A program made the position numbers and the translations under genes. Below, piece after piece: positions 45,940 to 53,915 of a stretch of DNA of 64,000 bases (position 1 is its first letter; every line of letters starts with the position of its first letter). The notes below the pieces were generated by a model. That model saw nothing but the letters and a program-made list of their open reading frames with translations, did not search any database and was not told the DNA's origin. This stretch comes from Bacteroidales bacterium (lineage in GTDB: Bacteria > Bacteroidota > Bacteroidia > Bacteroidales > JAQXIO01), in the NCBI GenBank assembly GCA_029007825.1, contig JAQXIO010000067.1:3147-67146 (forward strand), in the 5' to 3' direction.

Positions 45940-48111
45940 TCAATATGGAGTAAAAACGAAAAGATTTGACATATACCATCCAATATATTTAGAAATATAA
46001 TTTTGCACCCCAAAATCTTGAATCTTTAATTCATCTTTATATTGCATTAGCATCTTTTGTTTATCATCCTGTAAAGATTTCAATTGACTTTGTCCGCTTA
46101 AAACCAAATATCTGGTCGCATATAGCTCATAATTTAATTTATTATTCTTGTCAAACTCCACCAATGCCAAATTAAGCCATGCTTTAGGCAAATTTGGCAT
46201 CATCTCTAAGGCTTTGGAAATAAATTTTTCTGCTTCTGATTTTCTATCTAGTAAATATAGGCTCTTCCCGATATTCGAAATGATTATTGGATTTTGTTCA
46301 CGCTCGGCACTATTTATCAAGGACTCAATAAGAATGTCTTTTACATAAGGATCTGCATTATCAATTTCCTTCCAATAACAAGAGTTCAGTACAGACGGAT
46401 TATATTTTACCGCTTTAATTAAATAATCAGTCCATTTATTATTATTTTTATTTAAATATAAAATACGTGACAATGATAAATTATATAGAGCATTTTCTGG
46501 AAATTCTTCTACTAAAGTTTTTAGTCTATTTATAGCAACAATAGTATTTCCTCTCTCATAAATCATATAAGCAATATTGTGGTCAAGCAAAGGACTCCTA
46601 TAATAATTGGTTACGCATCGAAAATATTTAATCGCAATATTTAAATTTACAGTATCGTTCATTTCGTAATACTGTTTCCAATACATATATCCCTTGTTTA
46701 TAAAAGTTGGCATAAAATCGTCACAGTCTTTCAATATTTTTAGCGCACTATCAATATTGCCCCCTTCGGCCAATTTTACAGCTTTATCATTAAGTTTATT
46801 AGAGTTGCTTAAAGAAAGAGAAATCGATAAGATGCCTAGGCAAATAATAAAAGGTATAATTGAAATCCATTTAGTTATGTCTTTATTTATTATAAATGTA
46901 TTCTTTGCGTCAATATTCTGAACTGCCGCTAATAGTGTAAACATAACTAATTTCAGAGACATAGAATTCAACAATACCGGAAAAGACAACTCTCTAATCA
47001 AAATTGTTACGGATATAATTAGAAACAGAGGGAAAATAAGATTTAAATGGATCCGTTTAAGCAGATAAACAAAAATTACAATTAAGAATAATAACCATAG
47101 ACTAAATCCAATTATCCCTTTCTCTATCAATAATTGAGATATTATATGGGGAGCGAATGTTGTGAAACTTGTTTTATCAGATTCGTATCTCTTTGTATTT
47201 ATTATTTGAGAAAATGTACCTGAACCAGCCCCGAAGAATAAATTTTCATTTATTTTTTTGAAAGATGCTTTAGATGACAGAACCCTCCCCTCTATACTTT
47301 TTTGTTGGGAGATAGTTTCTGTAAAATTTAAAGTTTGAAAAACTTCCGAAACAAATGGCCTTATTATTAGCAATAGACATATGGCTACACAACAAGATAA
47401 ACATAGTTTAGTAATCAATTTTGTTTTGCTAAATACAAGAAGCAAAAATAAAGATATCAAAAGAAAAATAAACGCAACATAAATCCCTCTTGAAAAGGAT
47501 GTTATTATTCCATATGTTACAGGAATCAAGCAGAAAATAAGTATTATTCTCAATCTTAAAAGTTTTCTACAATATAAAATTGAAAATAGTATTAATCCTG
47601 CAAATCCTAAAAGATACGAACTCCATATATTTATAGATTGGCCTAATGGTTTATATAAATACCTAAATGGATATAGACTGTCAAATTGGGCAATATTATA
47701 AATTAAATCCTCAAAATAGAAAAATGCGACACAACCTAATAATGCTGCGACTCCTATTATTAAACCATAAGAAAATAACAAATATTCAAATTCAACTTTT
47801 TTGTTAAAACATAATCTCAATACCAAATAATATAGCGTGCAAATAACGCTTATTTTTAAGTGTATGAAATTTGTAATGAAATTTACCGATATAAATTGCA
47901 GTATTATTTCGTATAATAATAAAATTACAATTAGCGTATCAATACAAGTAAGACGTAAAACAGCCGATTTTAACTTAATAAATATTACAAAGGATAATAT
48001 AATTCCGATTGAGAAAAACGGATCATTAATCTTTGAAGTTAATGATAATATAAATAAAATTGCTAATAAAAATAGGCTTACTATCAATTGAGGCTTTATA
48101 GATGAAGTCAT
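45940..48111 (-). CDS. polytopic membrane protein with O-antigen-ligase-like (Wzy_C) core and C-terminal TPR repeats
   Basis: 723 aa. About 10-12 TM segments. Wzy_C-type motifs (SFSRGIYVAF ... R..S.K..F.KI....FFGAGSGTF ... FAPHIISQLLIEKGIIGF). The C-terminal ~300 aa have TPR-like repeats (AEKFISKALEMMPNLPKAWLNLALV). Starts 3 nt after the M50 gene. Confidence 0.8.
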   Translation of the reverse strand: MTSSIKPQLIVSLFLLAILFILSLTSKINDPFFSIGIILSFVIFIKLKSAVLRLTCIDTLIVILLLYEIILQFISVNFITNFIHLKISVICTLYYLVLRLCFNKKVEFEYLLFSYGLIIGVAALLGCVAFFYFEDLIYNIAQFDSLYPFRYLYKPLGQSINIWSSYLLGFAGLILFSILYCRKLLRLRIILIFCLIPVTYGIITSFSRGIYVAFIFLLISLFLLLVFSKTKLITKLCLSCCVAICLLLIIRPFVSEVFQTLNFTETISQQKSIEGRVLSSKASFKKINENLFFGAGSGTFSQIINTKRYESDKTSFTTFAPHIISQLLIEKGIIGFSLWLLFLIVIFVYLLKRIHLNLIFPLFLIISVTILIRELSFPVLLNSMSLKLVMFTLLAAVQNIDAKNTFIINKDITKWISIIPFIICLGILSISLSLSNSNKLNDKAVKLAEGGNIDSALKILKDCDDFMPTFINKGYMYWKQYYEMNDTVNLNIAIKYFRCVTNYYRSPLLDHNIAYMIYERGNTIVAINRLKTLVEEFPENALYNLSLSRILYLNKNNNKWTDYLIKAVKYNPSVLNSCYWKEIDNADPYVKDILIESLINSAEREQNPIIISNIGKSLYLLDRKSEAEKFISKALEMMPNLPKAWLNLALVEFDKNNKLNYELYATRYLVLSGQSQLKSLQDDKQKMLMQYKDELKIQDFGVQNYISKYIGWYMSNLFVFTPY

Positions 48112-48114
48112 ATA

Positions 48115-49335
48115 TTAAAGCGTTTTAGCTGCATCATTTATCTTTAGCAAGTGTTTTTTTACAAGCGGATATAAGGTTTTATATAAAACATATACAGTAA
48201 ACATGAAAAAAATAAGTTGCCCGAAACACCTCTGCATCAACTGTAAATCAGGCATGGATCCAGTAGAAATCATAAATATCAATTCCTTTATATGCCCCGG
48301 AAAGGTCCTGAAGAATTTTATTATAAACACAGGTATGAAATATAAAAAATAAAAACCGAAAATCAAGTTAACTAGTATTGTATATATAATTGCAACCGTT
48401 CTTTGCTTTTTTGAAATAGCTAAAAGGTAGGGTCGCTTATTAATAGGCTTTTTAAAAGATCGATTAAAATAATACTTAAATACTTCAGAAGTTCTTTGCC
48501 TTAAGTTGGGAATACCCAATAAATCTGACATAATCCAATAACCATCAAATTTTAAAAATGGATTAAGAGTAATCGCCATATTAATATTTACCGACAGGAT
48601 ATAATACTTTAATATATTATTTCCGGTTTCAGCATATATCAAAAACATGGGAATCAGTAATATTAGTTGAAAATATATTCCCGCTATATTTACCACCATT
48701 TTTTGTAGTTTTGGTAACTGCCATACTTCAGAAACATCGGTGTAAAAAACAGGAAAATTTATATAAAGCCCAAATCCAATTCCTCCGTGATTAACTCCAA
48801 AATATCTGCATGCGGAGGCATGCCCTAACTCATGAAAAAATGAAGATAATATAAACAATCCCAATAATCCGATAATCATATAAAGATCTATCTGGTTAGT
48901 ATTGAATATTGTTAAATTATTCGTAAAAAACAGTATCTCTAAAACCACTATCGCTACCATAATAAGTAACGATATCCATTTATTAAATAATACCTTAAGA
49001 ATATTGGATAATGTACCTATTGTTTTTTCAGAAAGCAGCTCTATATTAAAAATAAATGGAGAAGATTTTTCCTTAGAAGCAGGCTTCAATATTTTACCCA
49101 AACAATTTTCTATTATAGATTCAATTTCTTCATCATTAAATATCCGCCCTTTTTTTGCATAAAACTCTTTCAACCCGTCTATAGATGATTTTTCTTTCAA
49201 AAGATCTATTAACTCAAAGACTGTTTCGTTAATTTCAAAATTTCTTTCTTTATAACATACTATATAGCGCTGATCGACATTCGATGTTGCCAGCTTTCGT
49301 ATTTCAAGCTCATGAATCAATTTGAGATCTACCAT
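48115..49335 (-). CDS. M50-family (site-2-protease-like) intramembrane zinc metalloprotease with PqqD/RRE-like N-terminal domain
   Basis: 406 aa. HExxH in a TM helix (FFHELGHA). Second M50 signature NxxPxxxxDG (NPFLKFDGYW). N-terminal ~85 soluble aa (YIVCYKERNFEINETVFELIDLLKEKSSIDGLKEFYAKKGRIFNDEEIESIIENCLGKIL) have the layout of PqqD-type peptide-binding domains. Confidence 0.85.
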   Translation of the reverse strand: MVDLKLIHELEIRKLATSNVDQRYIVCYKERNFEINETVFELIDLLKEKSSIDGLKEFYAKKGRIFNDEEIESIIENCLGKILKPASKEKSSPFIFNIELLSEKTIGTLSNILKVLFNKWISLLIMVAIVVLEILFFTNNLTIFNTNQIDLYMIIGLLGLFILSSFFHELGHASACRYFGVNHGGIGFGLYINFPVFYTDVSEVWQLPKLQKMVVNIAGIYFQLILLIPMFLIYAETGNNILKYYILSVNINMAITLNPFLKFDGYWIMSDLLGIPNLRQRTSEVFKYYFNRSFKKPINKRPYLLAISKKQRTVAIIYTILVNLIFGFYFLYFIPVFIIKFFRTFPGHIKELIFMISTGSMPDLQLMQRCFGQLIFFMFTVYVLYKTLYPLVKKHLLKINDAAKTL

Positions 49336-49353
49336 AATTTAGAACAATTGAGA

Positions 49354-49376
49354 GGGGGTATAAATTATATACCCCC
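49354..49376 (-). terminator. intra-operon GC-clamped stem-loop just after precursor gene (possible partial terminator or mRNA-stabilising/processing hairpin)
   Basis: gggggtata (49354-49362) pairs with tataccccc (49368-49376), 5-nt loop, 18 nt downstream of the precursor stop on the minus strand. Only a weak U-tract follows. Confidence 0.5.
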
Positions 49377-49394
49377 AAAAGTTTAGCCTACAAG

Positions 49395-49583
49395 TTATGA
49401 TACCGGAGAACAAACGTTTTGTTCTGAGCTACACTGAACGGCGCAAAAACAAGCGGCACCGTCAATCCCATCTACAGGGCCAAACAGATCCAACAAGCCT
49501 CCCACCGTAAGAATGTCTGTTTCAAGACGTTTCTCAAGTTCCTGAACAAAAAAATCATCATACAACTGCTCATTAAGAGGCAT
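49395..49583 (-). CDS. candidate RiPP precursor peptide (acidic helical leader, GG motif, Cys-rich C-terminal core)
   Basis: 62 aa: MPLNEQLYDDFFVQELEKRLETDILTVGGLLDLFGPVDGIDGAACFCAVQCSSEQNVCSPVS. Cys at 45, 47, 51 and 58. Lies 65 nt after the rSAM/SPASM gene and 59 nt before the M50 gene, on the same strand. Confidence 0.75.
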   Translation of the reverse strand: MPLNEQLYDDFFVQELEKRLETDILTVGGLLDLFGPVDGIDGAACFCAVQCSSEQNVCSPVS

Positions 49584-49648
49584 TAATTCCTCTTTTTTTC
49601 ATTTTTTTTCATAGTGAAAATTTAAAATTAAATTAATAAAAACACAGG

Positions 49649-51052
49649 TTACTGCATAGCCGGCATAACACACTCCTCGTACGCTTTATTAGCAGCATAT
49701 TTAAAGGTATTAGAATAGCCATCACAATAATTGCTGTTTATATCTTTATTTCTTGTAATAGAAAGGTGTAGGCATCCTCCACTACATAGCAGAGCGTATT
49801 TGCACACGGAACAATTTTCTGATCCATTTATATTTCTGGCATGCCATCTACTAAGCTCTGGTGTCCACTGTATTTTATCGGAGTATTTGCCTATTACATT
49901 TTGAGGGTTTCCCACAAGGCTCCAACAGCCATAAATATTTCCATACGGATCAAAAATATAAGAACCGCTTTGGGCTGCACAAAATGTTGAATTTAAATAT
50001 ATCTTCCTTTTTTCTTTAATCGCTTTTGATAATTTATTATATATTCCAAAATCCTGACACCCGTACTTATTACCATTAAATTCTAATTGCTTGTAATTTA
50101 TTCTATTAAATTCTTCTCTATTTAAATAGTTTAAAACAGCGCTTTTATTATTAGCATCGGGAGAATAATCCTTTAACAAGGCCGACTTAAATGCGAATTT
50201 TTCAAATTTACTATATCCAAGTTCGTCGAAATAATTTAAAATTTTTTTAATGTCACTGATGTTATTTTTATCAGTATTGTAACGTATCGCAACAGCTATA
50301 TCTTTTTTTAATGCAATTCCTATATTTTTCACTATCTTATCAAACGATCTTCCCGTTAAATAATGAATACGCCTATTATCATGTTCTTCCTTAAACCCAT
50401 CAATGGTTATCTGCAAAGTATTAATCTTTTCAGGAGAAAGCAGATCTTCATAGTGATCTAAATCATAGCCATTGGTTATAGCCATAAAAGTCATTCCAAA
50501 TTTTTGTGCCCTTGATACTATATATTCTACTATTTCTTTATTTTCTTTAAGTAAAGGCTCTCCCCCATATAAAATACTTTGCCGGCTTCTTAATTCTGCC
50601 CGAGGTTCTATTTGTTCCATTGCATAGAATGCTTTATCAACCAGCTCTTTAGTAAATTTTCTCTTTGTCCATTGATGTCCCTCCCCTGATATCTCGTTTT
50701 CATAACAATATGGGCATCTAAAATTACAATCATAGGAAATTAAAAACATGAAATTTTTAAAAAGGCTTTTATCTTTACGATGCATCAGATTTGCAAGCTT
50801 TTTTACATATTCTCTCTCTTCCCGCAATGTCTTTGTTGTAATATATCCTCTACTAATTAATAATTTCAAAGTATCATCATTTAGGCCATCTGATTGTAAA
50901 TTTATGAAGCTTCCATTTTCCTTTAAATACTTCACTATTTGTTTACTTGCAACATCTATAGCTCCTGTGTAGCCATGAATTAGCATGTATTTTTCCGATG
51001 CTTTTTCTAATTTAATGAAAATAGTATACGAAGATAAACGATAATTAATCAT
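49649..51052 (-). CDS. radical SAM / SPASM-domain peptide maturase
   Basis: 467 aa. CNFRCPYC (Cx3Cx2C at C109/C113/C116) after a ~100-aa N-terminal extension. GGEPLL. Full SPASM Cys pattern: CAAQSGSYIFDPYGNIYGC (with Gx4C), CSVCKYALLCSGGC (Cx2Cx5Cx3C) and a final NYCDGY. Confidence 0.92.
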   Translation of the reverse strand: MINYRLSSYTIFIKLEKASEKYMLIHGYTGAIDVASKQIVKYLKENGSFINLQSDGLNDDTLKLLISRGYITTKTLREEREYVKKLANLMHRKDKSLFKNFMFLISYDCNFRCPYCYENEISGEGHQWTKRKFTKELVDKAFYAMEQIEPRAELRSRQSILYGGEPLLKENKEIVEYIVSRAQKFGMTFMAITNGYDLDHYEDLLSPEKINTLQITIDGFKEEHDNRRIHYLTGRSFDKIVKNIGIALKKDIAVAIRYNTDKNNISDIKKILNYFDELGYSKFEKFAFKSALLKDYSPDANNKSAVLNYLNREEFNRINYKQLEFNGNKYGCQDFGIYNKLSKAIKEKRKIYLNSTFCAAQSGSYIFDPYGNIYGCWSLVGNPQNVIGKYSDKIQWTPELSRWHARNINGSENCSVCKYALLCSGGCLHLSITRNKDINSNYCDGYSNTFKYAANKAYEECVMPAMQ

Positions 51053-51547
51053 AATGCATTAGATTGTTAATTATTTATAATTATAGATAGAAATAATATT
51101 ATTTTACTATAAATATAATATTATCCCCAAAACAAGCAGATTATTATCTAATAATTAGGATTTCCTAAATAAGAAGAAGTCCTGATTTTTCCATAAAATA
51201 AAAATTTAAGGTGTGGCTTATATAGTAACTCAATTACAAATCTATAATTAAACTTTCATTATTTGAAATAGTCAATGCTATAAAATACGTTAATTATATA
51301 AAATTATACTTTTATTATGATATTCATAAATACCGATAGGTATCCGTTCGCTCCGATTATAAATTTCTCCATATATTTTTTTTAACCTAATACTCTATTA
51401 AAATTTTGGATTCCGATAAAATGGAATAACTTTTTCAATTCGAGATTTTAAAAGACGAAGCCTGAATATTACCATAGTCCTACCAACCACAAAACAACAG
51501 AAAAGTAATAGATCGCACTTTTAAACTTTCTCATTATTTTCATACGG

Positions 51548-53380
51548 CTATTCTACTGGAGATCTATAAATATCCGAGAAATAACGAAAAAACAGTTCAT
51601 CCCTGTTTTCGGCAGGATTGAAATGGCCTTCATTCTCGACACGCCGGTAAAGAATACGGTTATTATATTTCTTTGCCTTTTCCACAAATTTGTCCGCCTG
51701 ACTGATAGGAATTTCATTATTACGCGAATGCGATATGAATAAATACGTCTGCGCGGGCAATTTATTTAAACTGTCAATCAAATAATCGGGATAAATCCCG
51801 TTTGAAACTCCAACCCCAGCAGCCAGCGCCGGATTACGCTGGCAGGCACTCAACGCTTTGGTACCACCGGCGCATCCACCCAACAAATAAATACCTCGGT
51901 CGTCGATAGCATAATGCCGTTTCAAATCGCTCAACGCTTCATTCAGATCTGTATCCGCTTCGGCATTGTAAATAAGCTGGGCACGCAAATAAGGAAATAA
52001 CAAAGCAAAACCGTACTCATCGGCAAGACGGTACTCCCAACTAAGGAAATCAATATCCGAAATATACCAGCTAAGAGGCATAATCGGAGGATCGGCAAAA
52101 TAGTAGGGCATATAAATGACCAATGGAACCTTACGGGTGCTATCGGCACATAACTGCGGGGAAATATGGAAAAGATAATATTGTTCCGACGAATCCGACG
52201 GAGATACATACTTTTTTAGAAAAGTTCCCGGTCGGTTGCGCAAAGTCGAACCACTCGAAACAGCCCGGTCTATATCCTGCAATTGAAGCAAAGTCGATAA
52301 TTTATTCCTCGAATTAAATGAAACATCATGCACCCGGTAAGCCGCCGAACGCTGCTCCTTCAAATGATCGTACCGCTGTTGCAGAGAAGAGACATAATCC
52401 CCGGCATCTGCCCTCTCTCCCGATTCGCAATACACCTCTGAAACCAAAGCATCGAAAAACGGATCTATTTCTCCTATAAAACAATACTCTGCCAAAACCG
52501 TATCCGGCAATGATAATTCAGACCGGTACAAACCGTCCGATAATCCTTCGGGAAGCGCTACTTTCCAACTACTATATCTCTCTACAACACCAGCCTCTCC
52601 CGCCGGTAAAGTATTCCGGTCAACCCCGAATTGTTTACAGTCCTGCAAATCATACAATGCAAACCCGACCTTCTCCGAATAGGCGTAAGGCCCCAAATAA
52701 ATCTCCACCGAATCGTCCCTTCCCTCAATAACAGGATCGACAACGAAATCACACCAGTAATCGTTCCGGTAATGACTTCTGGCAACCAGCTCATCCTGTA
52801 CCGAACAATAAAACTCCCAGTGGGAAACACCCTTCTCTACTTCCGTTTGTGAAAGTTTTACAACCACCGTATTATCGCCCTCAGCAAGAGAAGCGACAAT
52901 ATGGTTCTCTACCTGTTTTTTTATATTTCTTTTCCACTGACATGCAAAAATATTCTCCGAATTCAGCCAGACTTCCATCTGCTGCGCAAAGTTAAAACCG
53001 AAAACAACTGTCTTGGCCTGAGAAGAATACACATTAAAAAACAAATACACACACGATGGTTCTTTAACACTTGGAAAAAAATCATTAAAATCAAAATAAT
53101 TCTCCAGATTTGGCGACAAAGTCCGCACCTTAACACCCCGCTTTCTCAAAACATCCAAAGCGGCAAATCCACCTTTATATATTTCCGGATCGAAATTACC
53201 GGATAAATCCGAACAGCTTGCACTATCGATACGGAGCGGAAACGAAGCACAAACCTTATTTATCACTACTTCCGAATTGCCTTCGGAAAAATCGACCGAA
53301 AACCGGGGGGTTTTTGTACATGAACAAATCAGCACACAAAAAACAGGGAAAACTCGAAAGAAAATACATGTGGTTTTCAT
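51548..53380 (-). CDS. lipoprotein with C-terminal alpha/beta-hydrolase-like domain (Cys at nucleophile-elbow position)
   Basis: 610 aa. Lipobox LICSC. C-terminal ~200 aa are esterase/peptidase-like with IYLLGGCAGG where GxSxG is expected, and a late His (ENEGHF). Confidence 0.7.
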   Translation of the reverse strand: MKTTCIFFRVFPVFCVLICSCTKTPRFSVDFSEGNSEVVINKVCASFPLRIDSASCSDLSGNFDPEIYKGGFAALDVLRKRGVKVRTLSPNLENYFDFNDFFPSVKEPSCVYLFFNVYSSQAKTVVFGFNFAQQMEVWLNSENIFACQWKRNIKKQVENHIVASLAEGDNTVVVKLSQTEVEKGVSHWEFYCSVQDELVARSHYRNDYWCDFVVDPVIEGRDDSVEIYLGPYAYSEKVGFALYDLQDCKQFGVDRNTLPAGEAGVVERYSSWKVALPEGLSDGLYRSELSLPDTVLAEYCFIGEIDPFFDALVSEVYCESGERADAGDYVSSLQQRYDHLKEQRSAAYRVHDVSFNSRNKLSTLLQLQDIDRAVSSGSTLRNRPGTFLKKYVSPSDSSEQYYLFHISPQLCADSTRKVPLVIYMPYYFADPPIMPLSWYISDIDFLSWEYRLADEYGFALLFPYLRAQLIYNAEADTDLNEALSDLKRHYAIDDRGIYLLGGCAGGTKALSACQRNPALAAGVGVSNGIYPDYLIDSLNKLPAQTYLFISHSRNNEIPISQADKFVEKAKKYNNRILYRRVENEGHFNPAENRDELFFRYFSDIYRSPVE

Positions 53381-53915
53381 AGCGGTAATTTCATTAATAT
53401 AATAAAGTCAATCCAAGCTTCTCTCCCTTCTTGTCCAAACCGGGAAACGCCTACCACCTACAGAAAATTCTACAAAAAGGCCTTCCCTCAATTCAGAGAC
53501 AGCAACAAAAGACGGAACAAAACACCCTTCATAATAGCAAACCTCAGTATAAATCAAAGGTCATTTACAAACATCGGAAATATATTCGAAAAAATAAGCT
53601 CCAACCTTTAATTTATAAAATTTCCAAATAACCTTTTCCTATATCCTTCTCCGGAACACCGACAAAAGTAAAAAAGAAAAAACCGCCACACCCTATAAAT
53701 AAAGCTATTTCAACATTAGCATAAAGCGCTGCGGACATTATTCGCAAAAAGACCTCTTGCCCCAACCATTATGCAACGTCTGAAAATCGAAAAATCTCGA
53801 ACAAACGGAAGCGATCAATATACTTAAAAGTAAAAGTACAAACTACGTATATATCAATCACAAAAAAACAATTGGCATATCCCGGTAAACATTATCCGCT
53901 ACGAAAATAAAACCT

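Noticed and set aside
51053-51547. Search for extra precursor peptides or a promoter in the 495-bp AT-rich region upstream of the rSAM gene
   Set aside because: There are only very short minus-strand ORFs, none Cys-rich or resembling the ELEKRLE leader. One example is a 24-aa hydrophobic ORF starting at 51543, MKIMRKFKSAIYYFSVVLWLVGLW. One possible -7 box (tagatttg on the minus strand, 51237-51244) is too far from the ATG for me to call confidently.
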